64,000 nt of DNA from a virus (taxonomy: Duplodnaviria; Heunggongvirae; Uroviricota; Caudoviricetes): IMG/VR virus record IMGVR_UViG_3300035701_000015, positions 12,009 to 76,008 of that record; one strand, written 5' to 3'. Within the stretch, counting starts at the first letter, position 1. Each line of letters opens with the position of its first letter. Position numbers and translations under genes: made by a program. The notes under the pieces are model-generated. The model made no database searches. It was not told the DNA's origin and was given only the letters and a program-made list of their open reading frames with translations. Below, one piece after another: positions 42,931-52,755 of the stretch.

Positions 42931-44207
42931 ATATAAAATCTTTATTAGAAACTCTTGAAAATAGAGTTTTATTAGAACAAAAGGAAACGTTCAAACAAGG
43001 CGAACTTACTCCAGTAATCATCAATCCTCCAACTGGTACCCCGTCGCCACTACCACCACAGCAAGGTGGAAAACAAATAGACGTAGAAGTAATAGATACG
43101 GGTAAGCCACCTCCTAGTAAAGGAGCAGGGGCAAGTAAGCCTGGTGAAACTAGCGGTAAAGAAACTAAGAAAACAGATAAGCCTGGTGAAGGCGAAAAAA
43201 AAGCCGCTGCTTCACCAACAATAGATTCTCACGAAATTTTTAATAAATCAGATCCATCTGAAGCTAAAGAGATGGCAGAAAAGATCCTTGAGAAAGCTGA
43301 GGCAGAAAGAAAAGAAAGAGGTGAAGATTTAGAGAAATCTGCTGGAGAAGGTGCTGGCAATTTTATGGATAAGCTCAGAGATATTCACAAACCAAGAATA
43401 AATTGGTCAGTTGAGTTAAAGAGAAAGCTCACGGAATTCAAATCTAGAACATCTACAGCTATAAATAGATACTCTAAAAAGAAAGCAGAGAAATACAAAG
43501 AAGGCGAAGGAGTAGTAAAATCAAAAGCCTATCATCAATGGTTGAGAGATCCAAGGTCTCATGGTGGTAGCAAAATACTCTTCAAAGGACCTTATGTAAA
43601 AGCTCCGATAGGTGAAGTCATATTGATAGTTGCTCTAGATACTTCTGGATCTATTCCAGAAAGTACGATTGGTAAAGTATTTGCTGAAATGGATAAAATA
43701 GCAACGAATTTCAAAAGAGGACTTACCCATGGCGGAGTAAGCATGGAAGGCAAAGTCTACTTCATGACTTGGGACTCAGCAGTAGCTTCTGTTGATGAAT
43801 ATAAGCCTGGAGAATGGAGAAAATATAAAGAGGGCACGAAGAAAATCAAAGGTGGCGGAGGAACAGACCCAAGTAGTATATTCGATTATTTAAAGAAGCA
43901 TACTTTATTCGATAGGGAGAAACCAACTGCGGCTTTGCTTAATATACTGAAAGAACCAGCTCCAACGGGAATGAGTAAGCACGATATAGTAATTCCCGTT
44001 AAAGGCGGTTCTGAGAGTCCTTCAGCTGTTATGTCTCCTTTCTTGTTAATAGCTACAGACGGTTTCTTCTTTGGGAAAGTAAATGATGCAGATTTAGGTT
44101 TGTTATACAAAGATAATGAAAAGAACATACTCTATTTAGTTATAGATGGGCAGACACAAGATTGTTATCCTAAAAACGTAATAGTGTATGAATCAGTAAG
44201 AGCATAA
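42927..44207 (+). CDS. vWA domain protein
   Basis: MIDAS VALDTSGSI; acidic/low-complexity N-terminal region. Confidence 0.55.
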   Translation: MNIKSLLETLENRVLLEQKETFKQGELTPVIINPPTGTPSPLPPQQGGKQIDVEVIDTGKPPPSKGAGASKPGETSGKETKKTDKPGEGEKKAAASPTIDSHEIFNKSDPSEAKEMAEKILEKAEAERKERGEDLEKSAGEGAGNFMDKLRDIHKPRINWSVELKRKLTEFKSRTSTAINRYSKKKAEKYKEGEGVVKSKAYHQWLRDPRSHGGSKILFKGPYVKAPIGEVILIVALDTSGSIPESTIGKVFAEMDKIATNFKRGLTHGGVSMEGKVYFMTWDSAVASVDEYKPGEWRKYKEGTKKIKGGGGTDPSSIFDYLKKHTLFDREKPTAALLNILKEPAPTGMSKHDIVIPVKGGSESPSAVMSPFLLIATDGFFFGKVNDADLGLLYKDNEKNILYLVIDGQTQDCYPKNVIVYESVRA

Positions 44208-44225
44208 ATCATGGAGGTTAATGTG

Positions 44226-44660
44226 ATGGAAATCAGAAAATTCCTCGAAGAAATGGAAAACAAAGGTAGTCTTCTTTTCGAAGAGGGAAAAGAGGGAGAT
44301 AAAATAAATCCCCAGATGAAAAAGGCTTTACAGTCTGCTGGCGTCAAAGCTCAGTGGATTTATCAGCCCGAAGGATATGACTTAGTCGTAATGGAGCACG
44401 ATAAAGACGGCGAGAAGAAAGATAGTTGGTCTATGGCATTCTTCACAGAAGCTGAACTCGGTGGTGAAGAAGGTGAGCAGATTTTCAAGGAAAACTTGAA
44501 TGAAGCTGAAGTCGGTATGAAGATGGTCGATCAAGTCAAGGGAAATTTTCTCGATATCGTTCAGCTAGCAATTGAAGTTGCTTCTAATAAGAAATACAAG
44601 AAAGGTTTCTCTTCTCAGCTAGTAAAGCAGGCAACGTCTGCATCTAAGTCGAAGAAATAA
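44226..44660 (+). CDS. hypothetical protein
   Basis: Start set after GGAGG. Confidence 0.45.
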   Translation: MEIRKFLEEMENKGSLLFEEGKEGDKINPQMKKALQSAGVKAQWIYQPEGYDLVVMEHDKDGEKKDSWSMAFFTEAELGGEEGEQIFKENLNEAEVGMKMVDQVKGNFLDIVQLAIEVASNKKYKKGFSSQLVKQATSASKSKK

Positions 44661-44682
44661 TTGATCTTTTAAATATTTTGAA

Positions 44683-44934
44683 GTGGAGGTGGTGGCGGTG
44701 AAAGAAACAGAATATCAAGAACAGCTGTGGGACATTGAACTGCAAGAGAGGAGATTCAATTTAAGCTATCAGAAAATAGCAAGGAAACACGAGAAGATTG
44801 ACATGATGCTGAAAGTCATTTCTACTCTGTCTCAAGGTTTTGTTGCTGACAAAAAACTTAAAGATGATGCTCTCGATAAAGCAGCTAAAGTGTTGAATAA
44901 AGAATTAGAAACCTACAAATCTGACATTGCTTAA
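44683..44934 (+). CDS. hypothetical protein
   Basis: GTG start. Confidence 0.4.
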   Translation: MEVVAVKETEYQEQLWDIELQERRFNLSYQKIARKHEKIDMMLKVISTLSQGFVADKKLKDDALDKAAKVLNKELETYKSDIA

Positions 44935-44939
44935 GCAAA

Positions 44940-44969
44940 GGCTCCTCTTTACTGAGAGGAGCCTTTTTG
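44940..44969 (+). terminator. rho-independent terminator
   Basis: ggctcctct-ttactg-agaggagcc followed by TTTTTG. Confidence 0.7.
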
Positions 44970-44980
44970 TTGGAGATTAG

Positions 44981-45439
44981 ATGTTAAAATTAGTTAGTCC
45001 ACAAAAAGCTATAAAATTGTGCAAAGATGTGACTGATATAGAAACATTAATAAAATTGGGTGGCGATCTACTTTTTAACAATATATTAGAAATATGTCAT
45101 AAATCTCAGGGAGTAGGCTTAGCTGCTCCCCAAGTTGGTATTTATTATAAATTCTTTATAGCTTATCTGCAAGAGTATAATAATTTCGGGGTTTATGTCA
45201 ATCCTAAGTATAGACCCCTCTCTGACCAAACAGTTGAGTCAATCGAGAGTTGTTTGACACATGGTAAAGATAAACCATATAAAATTAAAAGGTATCATAA
45301 AATTTTAGCTGAATGGCAAGATATTGGACTTGTAAAAAAGATACAAGAGTTGAATGGAATGTCAGCGATAATTTTCCAGCATGAAACAGATCATATTAAT
45401 AGTATAACTATAGCTTCTATCGGAGAACTAAATGTATAA
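44981..45439 (+). CDS. def: peptide deformylase
   Basis: GVGLAAPQVG, ESCLT and QHETDHI motifs. Confidence 0.65.
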   Translation: MLKLVSPQKAIKLCKDVTDIETLIKLGGDLLFNNILEICHKSQGVGLAAPQVGIYYKFFIAYLQEYNNFGVYVNPKYRPLSDQTVESIESCLTHGKDKPYKIKRYHKILAEWQDIGLVKKIQELNGMSAIIFQHETDHINSITIASIGELNV

Positions 45440-45965
45440 TATAACAGATAAATTAATTCACCTAAATCAATATACTAGATCAGGTAAACCATTGTCTAGA
45501 GTTTGTAGTCTAGTAGTTCATTGGACAGGTTTAGCGAGTGGAAGCAATAATGGACTATTCAATTGGTTTGATAAAGTTTCTGTTGAGACACAAAGGTACG
45601 GTTCAGCACATTATGGAATCGACAAGACAAGCATTTACAGATTTATTCCCGATAATGAAATAGCTTACCATGTTGGAGCTTCTAAATATACTGAATTTGC
45701 CAAAAAGAAATTTTGCGATCAGTATCCCAATCAATATTCTCTGGGAGTCGAATTAAATCCTGAATTCGCTAATGGTGAATTTCACGAAGAAGTATTGAAC
45801 AGAGCAGTTTGGTTGTTTGCTGAATTGTGCAAAATTTACAACTTGAATCCCATGTGTGAAATTATTAGACACTATGATGTGACGGGAAAAGATTGTCCAA
45901 AGTTGTTTATTGATCACACTGAGAAATTCTTGCTCTTCAAAGAACAAGTCAAGGAAGCAATGTGA
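45432..45965 (+). CDS. N-acetylmuramoyl-L-alanine amidase (amidase_2, PGRP/T7-lysozyme-like) endolysin
   Basis: VVHWTG...AHYGID...YHVGAS...GVEL...IIRHYDVTGKDCP. Confidence 0.65.
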   Translation: MYNITDKLIHLNQYTRSGKPLSRVCSLVVHWTGLASGSNNGLFNWFDKVSVETQRYGSAHYGIDKTSIYRFIPDNEIAYHVGASKYTEFAKKKFCDQYPNQYSLGVELNPEFANGEFHEEVLNRAVWLFAELCKIYNLNPMCEIIRHYDVTGKDCPKLFIDHTEKFLLFKEQVKEAM

Positions 45966-46249
45966 TGTTTGGTTTTCATGAGCTTTTCACTCCAGACGGT
46001 CTAGCATTTTTGATTTTTGAATTCGATAAAGATAAATATGATGTTTGGGATGTAGGAGATGGGTCTTTCGATATTAAAGTCAAAAAAGTATTATTTTGTA
46101 ATAACAAAATTTGTCCAAAAACTGTAAACCTATCACAAGGGGAACTCAGTGAACTTACACATAACGACCTACATAAGTTGTCGCATATTATTATAGACAG
46201 GATTTTTCTAACTACTAGCGTATATCAAAGACTTAGGTCGCATAAATAA
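45962..46249 (+). CDS. hypothetical protein
   Basis: ORF. Confidence 0.4.
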   Translation: MMFGFHELFTPDGLAFLIFEFDKDKYDVWDVGDGSFDIKVKKVLFCNNKICPKTVNLSQGELSELTHNDLHKLSHIIIDRIFLTTSVYQRLRSHK

Positions 46250-46342
46250 CATATCTTGTGGTTAAGCTTTCGCCGTTAAAAACATACAAATAGTTTCGAT
46301 GCTTCTATATAATGTAAGTAAAATCTTTCGTAGGAGCGCAAC

Positions 46343-47479
46343 ATGACTGTTAAGGAAATCAAGCAGGCTCTTGATTTAATTCTTCTGAAGTCGCCACAAG
46401 TTATCACTCCTTATATTCATGGAAAGCCTGGAGTAGGGAAGTCAGCGATTACTCATCAAATCGCTGAAACCAGAGATATCGGTTTCATCGATCTCAGACT
46501 GTCTCAACTTGAAAGTTCAGACATTCGGGGTATTCCAACTCCCGATCATAAGAACGGAAGTTCTCGGTGGCTTCCGCCAGAAACTATCCCGTTCGAAGTT
46601 TTCGAGAATTTGCCTATACCCAGCGACCCAAAAGGACGAAAGTTTTCTAACGGCGGGATCCTTTTCCTCGACGAAATCAACCGAGCACGTTTCGATGTTC
46701 TGCAATCAGTCTTCGAGTTGGTTTATGACCGCAGAGTTGGATTGCACAAGATTCTCGATAATTGGTTCATCGTATGTGCAGGAAACCTCGGTGAAGCAGA
46801 CAAGACAGAAGTTACCGAATTCACTGATGCAGCTCTCAATAATAGGTTCATCCATTTCTATGTAGAAGACCAGGGCCTCTTTGACTGTTGGGTCGAATGG
46901 GCAGAGAAAGAAGGCAATGTTCATTTCGACGTTGTAAATTTTATCAAGACGAAACCTTCAGCTCTTTACACCGAATGCAAAGACGACGATGTAATTTATT
47001 GCACTCCTCGAACTTGGGATAAATTTTCTCAGATACTCAAACAGAATACCGAAAAAGATCCTTCAGATATTACGAAGATAATCGGTAAGAGCATGCTCGG
47101 ACCTACAGCAGTGGGCTTCTTAGACTATCTGAGACAAAAATCAAAGATCTCACCTGAAGATGTTGTGCTTCGGTACCAGAATGCTGAAATTAAAAAGAAA
47201 GTCAAGAACCTTTCTCGAGATGAGAAGTATTCTTTATCGAACGAGATCACCAATTATATTTCTCAACACAGAAGTATGGACGACAAGAAGATCGGCAACA
47301 TTCATGAGTTTATTAGCAAAGAACTCGAAAAAGATCACATGATCGCCATTTACAAAGTTCTCGTAAATATTCCTATAAAGTATAATAACAAAGAACAAGA
47401 ATTCATGGCAGTTTATCTCGATCTTTATCCCGAGTTCAACGCCAAAATCGCTTCTATTTTGAGAGAGAGCCATGCCTAA
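46343..47479 (+). CDS. MoxR-like AAA+ ATPase (AAA_5), second copy
   Basis: HGKPGVGKSA, ILFLDEINRA. Confidence 0.6.
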   Translation: MTVKEIKQALDLILLKSPQVITPYIHGKPGVGKSAITHQIAETRDIGFIDLRLSQLESSDIRGIPTPDHKNGSSRWLPPETIPFEVFENLPIPSDPKGRKFSNGGILFLDEINRARFDVLQSVFELVYDRRVGLHKILDNWFIVCAGNLGEADKTEVTEFTDAALNNRFIHFYVEDQGLFDCWVEWAEKEGNVHFDVVNFIKTKPSALYTECKDDDVIYCTPRTWDKFSQILKQNTEKDPSDITKIIGKSMLGPTAVGFLDYLRQKSKISPEDVVLRYQNAEIKKKVKNLSRDEKYSLSNEITNYISQHRSMDDKKIGNIHEFISKELEKDHMIAIYKVLVNIPIKYNNKEQEFMAVYLDLYPEFNAKIASILRESHA

Positions 47480-48860
47480 AAACGTAATGCCAGAAAAGAT
47501 TTCGAATATTTGTGTAAGATGGCAAGACGGTTCTACTTGCCCATTCTTCGCCGAGTTCCTTCTGAGATTTAGGTATCGCGAAGATAAAGCTTGTTCAACA
47601 GTTGGTATAGCTTTTAACAAACATAGTAAATTAGAGCTTGTATACAACTCTGAATTCCTTGATAAGTTGACTCCGACAGAGGTTGAAGCCGTCTGTGTAC
47701 ACGAAATAATGCATGTGCTCCATAAGTTCGACGATAGATTAGGAACTAGATTTTTCGATCTCTTCAACGTAGCTCAAGATGCTTGTGTCAATAAAATCGT
47801 AAACGAAACCATAATAGGTAATAGACAACTTCAGATTCCAAAAGGTGGAGTAGACTTTGCGGAGATACAGAAGATGGGTTATAAAGGAGAAGCAATTTCT
47901 GAACCCGTCTATGATTTCTTAGAAAAGAAAGCTGAGAAGATTTATATTGTTTCAACTGGTGCAGATGGCCAACAAGGCGAGGGAGATAACACTTGTCCAA
48001 ATTGCGGAGGAAGTGGTAAAGCAGATAACGATAGCGATGGTAATGGTCAAGGCGAAGGAGATGGAAAATCTGGTTCGAAAAAAGGTAAGTCTGGGCAAGG
48101 AGATGGGAAAGAACAAAAAGAATGCCCAGTGTGCGGCGGATCTGGAAAACTACACGGTAAGAAAATACTTCGCACAACTGATGACCACACTCAAAGAAAA
48201 GAGAAGCTTACCGAAATTGAGAAAGCCATTATTGAAGATGTAATCAACAATGCTCGAACCCGTTCATGGGGCACAATGAGCGGTAATATGCAGAGCACGA
48301 TCACAGAACTAATTAAAACTAAAAGAATTCCGTGGCAACAAAAATTAGCTATGATCATGTCGAGATATGTGCATCAGTCAGGTAACGTTTATGAAAATAC
48401 ATGGTCTCGCAGAAACCGAAGAAGCTTACCACTTCCCGGAATACGAAAGATGTCGAAGAAGATAGTAGTTACTGTAGACACTTCTGGAAGTGTTTCAGAC
48501 TATGATATTAAGATGTTCTTCGGTCAGATTGAAAAGATTGTAAAAGACTTTTCTCAAATGACTTTGATACAATGGGACACAATTGTTCAAGGTGTAGAAC
48601 TTTATAAAAAGGGCGCTTGGAAGAAAATCAAAGTAAAGGGTCGTGGAGGCACTGATCCCCAAAAGTTGTATGATCTTCTCAACAGAGATTACTCTGACGT
48701 TTCAGCTGTAGTGAATTTCACAGATTCGTTTTTTGATTGGGGGTTCAAGTATTACGGCATCAATACAATTTGGGCCGTTATCAACAACCCAAATTTCAAA
48801 GCTCCTTTCGGTCAAACTATTATTATAGACAAACCAGAAAGAAGCGACCGGAGAGTATAA
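47472..48860 (+). CDS. HExxH metallopeptidase + zinc ribbons + vWA fusion protein
   Basis: VHEIMHVLH; CPNCGGSGK and CPVCGGSGK; MIDAS VTVDTSGSV. Confidence 0.55.
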   Translation: MPKNVMPEKISNICVRWQDGSTCPFFAEFLLRFRYREDKACSTVGIAFNKHSKLELVYNSEFLDKLTPTEVEAVCVHEIMHVLHKFDDRLGTRFFDLFNVAQDACVNKIVNETIIGNRQLQIPKGGVDFAEIQKMGYKGEAISEPVYDFLEKKAEKIYIVSTGADGQQGEGDNTCPNCGGSGKADNDSDGNGQGEGDGKSGSKKGKSGQGDGKEQKECPVCGGSGKLHGKKILRTTDDHTQRKEKLTEIEKAIIEDVINNARTRSWGTMSGNMQSTITELIKTKRIPWQQKLAMIMSRYVHQSGNVYENTWSRRNRRSLPLPGIRKMSKKIVVTVDTSGSVSDYDIKMFFGQIEKIVKDFSQMTLIQWDTIVQGVELYKKGAWKKIKVKGRGGTDPQKLYDLLNRDYSDVSAVVNFTDSFFDWGFKYYGINTIWAVINNPNFKAPFGQTIIIDKPERSDRRV

Positions 48861-48861
48861 T

Positions 48862-49123
48862 TATGGTTAAGATTATTATAAAGTTTAATCTTTGGTTAGA
48901 TAGCTTGAAAGGTGATAGGCGACTTTTTGTTGCTCTAGCAATTGCTCTACCTCTTATAATTTTAGGTACTTGGGTCCAAACTATCAATGATCCTTACACA
49001 GGTATTTTACTCATGCTAGTTTGGTTTACTTATTGTATTGTTATATTGTTCATTATTTTATGTCGCTTTGCTTATTTGAAGTATAAACGTGAAGTATCAC
49101 GAACACGCAAACAAAAGGAGTAA
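48862..49123 (+). CDS. small membrane protein
   Basis: Two TM helices. Confidence 0.4.
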
Positions 49124-49125
49124 GA

Positions 49126-49695
49126 ATGTCGTTGCAGATCAATAAAGCAGATATGGATCAAGCTTGGGTAGATAGGAAGAATAGCGATAAGTTCTATAAG
49201 TATCTCTATGACATCGCCAACCACCAAGTTTCTAAAAAAGGCATTGACTTTTATGAGCGATCTGAATATGTTCAATTTGCCGTGATGAAATGCTTTAAAC
49301 ATGAAGGTGCGTTCACACCGTCTAAGGGTGCTGCTTATTCTTTCTTCTGGAAACAAATTTCTTTGGCTATAGCTTACAAGCAAAGAAAAGAAGCTCGAAG
49401 AAATAACAAAGCTCGAACTTTTTATGTTGAACAAGAAAAAGTTCTTGACTGGATCGAGCGTGAGCACGAAAATAAAGGAGTACCTTTTTCTGAGATAGTG
49501 GGCATTGAAGAAGTTCTTAAAATTAAGCGTGCATTCAAGAGATATAATAACGAGCACAAATCTAAACTCAAGCCCAACAAAGAAAATACTGTCACAGTTC
49601 TTAAGTGGAACACAAAGAAAAATCCAGAATTTCTAAATGATTTCACCACACTAAAACACATCTTCGCGAGGTGGGTTGAGTGTCCCGCGAAATAG
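49126..49695 (+). CDS. hypothetical protein
   Basis: ORF. Confidence 0.5.
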   Translation: MSLQINKADMDQAWVDRKNSDKFYKYLYDIANHQVSKKGIDFYERSEYVQFAVMKCFKHEGAFTPSKGAAYSFFWKQISLAIAYKQRKEARRNNKARTFYVEQEKVLDWIEREHENKGVPFSEIVGIEEVLKIKRAFKRYNNEHKSKLKPNKENTVTVLKWNTKKNPEFLNDFTTLKHIFARWVECPAK

Positions 49696-49952
49696 AAAAA
49701 CAAAAAACGATAAATCTACTTAAGGGTAAAACGTGCCCAGATTGTATCTATTATTCTTCTGGTGATAAGTGTCAAGGGGCCGAAGATCTCCTCTTGCGCG
49801 CGACAGAAAAAAGACAGTGCCCAGAAACATTTTCTTGTGTAAGATGGATATCTAGAAACGAATTTTTTACTCGGAACTTAGGTTTGAGTCTAACTGTCCA
49901 AAAAGGAAAAATATTAAAAATTTCTATTACGCCGGTAGGTAATAACGCGTGA
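49680..49952 (+). CDS. small Cys-motif family protein (INLLKGKTCPDC)
   Basis: First of three tandem paralogs with EIEKQKxINLLK. Confidence 0.5.
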   Translation: MSREIEKQKTINLLKGKTCPDCIYYSSGDKCQGAEDLLLRATEKRQCPETFSCVRWISRNEFFTRNLGLSLTVQKGKILKISITPVGNNA

Positions 49953-50227
49953 CTAAACGAGAAATAGAGAAACAAAAAATTATAAATCTACTCAAGAATA
50001 GAATTTGTTCAAACTGTGCTTTTAATTCTCCCATTAATAGATGCCAACAACCTGACTCAGCGGGACAGTGGTACACTGTAGAATGGCCAAAAACACTTTC
50101 TTGTGAAAGATGGAGGAGTAAAAATGATTGGAAACCTCTTGAAATTGATGATGTTCAAAAATTAATTGAAGAATCGGGAAAACTAATTAAGCAATATGAA
50201 AAGACAAAGAAAAAATGGGGAGTCTGA
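49949..50227 (+). CDS. small Cys-motif family protein (INLLKNRICSNC)
   Basis: Tandem paralog. Confidence 0.5.
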   Translation: MTKREIEKQKIINLLKNRICSNCAFNSPINRCQQPDSAGQWYTVEWPKTLSCERWRSKNDWKPLEIDDVQKLIEESGKLIKQYEKTKKKWGV

Positions 50228-50375
50228 AAAACAAAGAGTTATAAATATACTTAAGGATAAAACTTGCCAAAACTGTTATTATTTTTCCAGAGAATGCGTT
50301 TTAGGCGTTTTAGACTCTTGTTCAAAATGGAGATCAACTCAAGTCTTTCCGCCACTTAGTGATCAACTCGAATAG
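50196..50375 (+). CDS. small Cys-motif family protein (INILKDKTCQNC), 59 aa
   Basis: Third tandem paralog; below the ORF track cutoff. Confidence 0.4.
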   Translation: MKRQRKNGESEKQRVINILKDKTCQNCYYFSRECVLGVLDSCSKWRSTQVFPPLSDQLE

Positions 50376-50429
50376 CTTCGTATCTAAGATATAATATAAA
50401 TGTATCAAAATCTCTTAGGAGGTTAAGAA

Positions 50430-50738
50430 ATGATCCTTCTGAATGACGGAGTTTTCGATGTCAAAGAAGAGGTCCCTTCAACTCGGTTCTGGCTCATGGC
50501 TAAGCTTCGGATCGGAGATCAGTTTGATAAGAGATGGGATATTTACGTCGACAACATCCGAAAACGCCTCATGGAGAACATGACTTACAATGGTCCGGAC
50601 ATCGCACCCAGTGAGGTCACCAAAGCTAAGAAAGAAATGGTGGATCAGATTCTTATCAAGTTGGAGAATTCAGCCTGGAAGACAATGCCGGCAGAGTTTC
50701 TTAAACAGTTGGATATTCCGAGAGTTATCAGGAAGTAA
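50430..50738 (+). CDS. hypothetical protein
   Basis: GGAGG RBS. Confidence 0.5.
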   Translation: MILLNDGVFDVKEEVPSTRFWLMAKLRIGDQFDKRWDIYVDNIRKRLMENMTYNGPDIAPSEVTKAKKEMVDQILIKLENSAWKTMPAEFLKQLDIPRVIRK

Positions 50739-50751
50739 CTATTCACATTAA

Positions 50752-50780
50752 AAGCCCCTCAATCACTGAGGGGCTTTTTT
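50752..50780 (+). terminator. rho-independent terminator
   Basis: gcccctca-atcac-tgaggggc followed by TTTTTT. Confidence 0.75.
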
Positions 50781-50785
50781 ATTTG

Positions 50786-50816
50786 CTAAAAAGGAGGGCG
50801 AGTATTTCACTCGCCC
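50786..50816 (-). terminator. minus-strand terminator
   Basis: gggcgagt-atttc-actcgccc with a T-tract on the minus strand. Confidence 0.5.
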
Positions 50817-50823
50817 TAAACGT

Positions 50824-51045
50824 TTAGAGTTCTTTGATCTTGTCGATCATTGCTTTGATGATTGCAATTGCATCATCAATTTGGGCGCCATCTGCCAAAC
50901 TAACCATTGCTTGGTCAACACCTGCTTTTACAACTGTAGCAATTTTGTCAAGCTTTTCTTCTTTTGCTGCATCTTTGAAAAGCTTAAGTACAATTACAGC
51001 TGCTAGTGCTGCAGACACTACGCCAAGGATAACTGTGAGAATCAT
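50824..51045 (-). CDS. small membrane-anchored protein
   Basis: N-terminal TM helix, followed by a minus-strand terminator. Confidence 0.35.
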   Translation of the reverse strand: MILTVILGVVSAALAAVIVLKLFKDAAKEEKLDKIATVVKAGVDQAMVSLADGAQIDDAIAIIKAMIDKIKEL

Positions 51046-51126
51046 AAAGACACCTCCGTACTCAGGATTATATAAGAGACTGAGCTATACCCAGCCAATA
51101 TTATCTTTAGTCAGACAGCCAATTTT

Positions 51127-51663
51127 ATGCGCATATATAACAACATGAACAGACCAACAAAAGAAGAGATTTTAATGAAGACTGCATTGCTTTATGCTGA
51201 ACGCTCAACTTGTATCAGAATAAAAGCTGGAGCAGTTATATCTCTCGGAGGTCACATCATCTCAGTCGGCTACAACGGAAATACTCCTGGCAAAGAACAC
51301 TGTATAGAACATTTCGAAAAAGAATATGAAGATTTAAAAAAGATGGGAGTAGTTTTGGCAAGTACTTGGGAGCAATTCTTACAATCAGATTGGCTATTAA
51401 AAAATCGTCATCACGAATGGGCTCTTAAATATGAACTGCACGCAGAGATGAATGCAATCATCTGGGCAGCTCGTAGAGGGATTGCCGTAGAGGGAGCTGA
51501 TATCTACACAACTTATTCACCGTGTCTCTTTTGCACAAAAGCAATTCTCCAATCTGGTATCAAAAGAGTATATTACAACCAACTTTATGATAAGCCAGAG
51601 GGTCAGAAATCGCTTGAAGTTTTAGAAGAGAACGGCATATTTGTACAGCAAATAAAAATATAG
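51127..51663 (+). CDS. dCMP deaminase
   Basis: HAEMNAI...SPCLFC zinc-binding motifs. Confidence 0.65.
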   Translation: MRIYNNMNRPTKEEILMKTALLYAERSTCIRIKAGAVISLGGHIISVGYNGNTPGKEHCIEHFEKEYEDLKKMGVVLASTWEQFLQSDWLLKNRHHEWALKYELHAEMNAIIWAARRGIAVEGADIYTTYSPCLFCTKAILQSGIKRVYYNQLYDKPEGQKSLEVLEENGIFVQQIKI

Positions 51664-51669
51664 GAGTGA

Positions 51670-52191
51670 TTGATGCTTTTGAAATATAGTTTGATTCGAG
51701 AGGTAGAGTATCCAATCAGAGGTCACGCAACAGATGCGGGAATCGATTTCTTCATGCCACAGATAAATGAAAAATTCATCTCAGATTTTAATGCGCTAAA
51801 AGCAAATAAAGGAGCTAGATTGGATAACGAAGAATTAACTTTGCTTCCAAGCTTTAATGCTTTGATACCATCTGGCGTGAAAGTAGAAATACCGTTTGGC
51901 CACATGGGACTCTTTCTTAATAAATCTGGAGTAGCTTCGAAAAAAGATTTGATTATCGGCGCTCAGGTCGTCGACACTTTTTATAGTGGCGAAATTCATA
52001 TTGATCTGCACAATGTGGGATCAGAAATAATCATAATTGTACCGAATGAAAAATTAGCTCAGATGGTAATTGTCCCCGTTCTGAATTGTGATCTAACTGA
52101 AGTTTCAGAAGACATGTTATACGATTGGATGAAAGAGAATGAATACAGAAATGAAAGCGGTTTTGGTAGCACAGATAAGAAAAAGTCTTAA
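51670..52191 (+). CDS. dut: dUTPase (trimeric type)
   Basis: ATDAGIDFF...GVASKKDLIIGAQVVDTFYSGEIHIDLHNVG. Confidence 0.6.
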   Translation: MMLLKYSLIREVEYPIRGHATDAGIDFFMPQINEKFISDFNALKANKGARLDNEELTLLPSFNALIPSGVKVEIPFGHMGLFLNKSGVASKKDLIIGAQVVDTFYSGEIHIDLHNVGSEIIIIVPNEKLAQMVIVPVLNCDLTEVSEDMLYDWMKENEYRNESGFGSTDKKKS

Positions 52192-52513
52192 GTTATTTTT
52201 TAAAAATAAAATAGTCAGAATAGTAGCTTTGTCTTTAGCTATATTCATAGTAGTAGGTTTAATACTTTTCTTCGTTCCGAAATTAATAATAAGTGTAATC
52301 TTGCTTGCCTACGGAGGTGCACCTAATTTTGCTGACAAAGCATTAACAATAGCTGTTCTTCTTCTTAATGCAATTCTATACCCGATATATTTGCTTGAAA
52401 GTGTGAAAGCTTATAATAAATATGAAAAAATTAAGTCTCAAAGAAAAAACGATAAAACTTTTAAGAAATCAAACTTGCGCCAGCTGTTCGAGATCTTTAA
52501 AAGCGGCCAATAA
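52139..52513 (+). CDS. membrane protein
   Basis: Three hydrophobic segments. Confidence 0.4.
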   Translation: MNTEMKAVLVAQIRKSLKLFFKNKIVRIVALSLAIFIVVGLILFFVPKLIISVILLAYGGAPNFADKALTIAVLLLNAILYPIYLLESVKAYNKYEKIKSQRKNDKTFKKSNLRQLFEIFKSGQ

Positions 52514-52554
52514 ATTTTGGTGTGATATTAGAAAAGATTATTACGATTCGAGAC

Positions 52555-52677
52555 ATGGATAAAGAAATCCGAAACAGACTCAGTGGTGAGCTTCAGAGAT
52601 TATCTCCTGAGGAATCAACGTATCTCAAAGAAGAAATCAAAGCGTTAACTACTCATGAGAGTAGTTTGTTGCGATAA
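52555..52677 (+). pseudogene. duplicated fragment of the dnaE-C 5' end
   Basis: Encodes ...LSPEESTYLKEEIKALTTHE, resembling ...LNSEEQTYLAEEIKALKTQE at the start of 52756. Confidence 0.35.
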
Positions 52678-52755
52678 AATTAAAAGAAAAAGAAATCAAA
52701 CATCTTTTTTCAGATTGCCAATACATAATTACTCATATACCAAGAGCAGGCAAGA

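Noticed and set aside
39739-47767. Minus-strand and alternate-frame ORFs inside the MoxR/vWA genes (for example 40579..40950-, 46509..46865+, 47234..47767-)
   Set aside because: They are embedded in strongly supported genes and have low-complexity translations.
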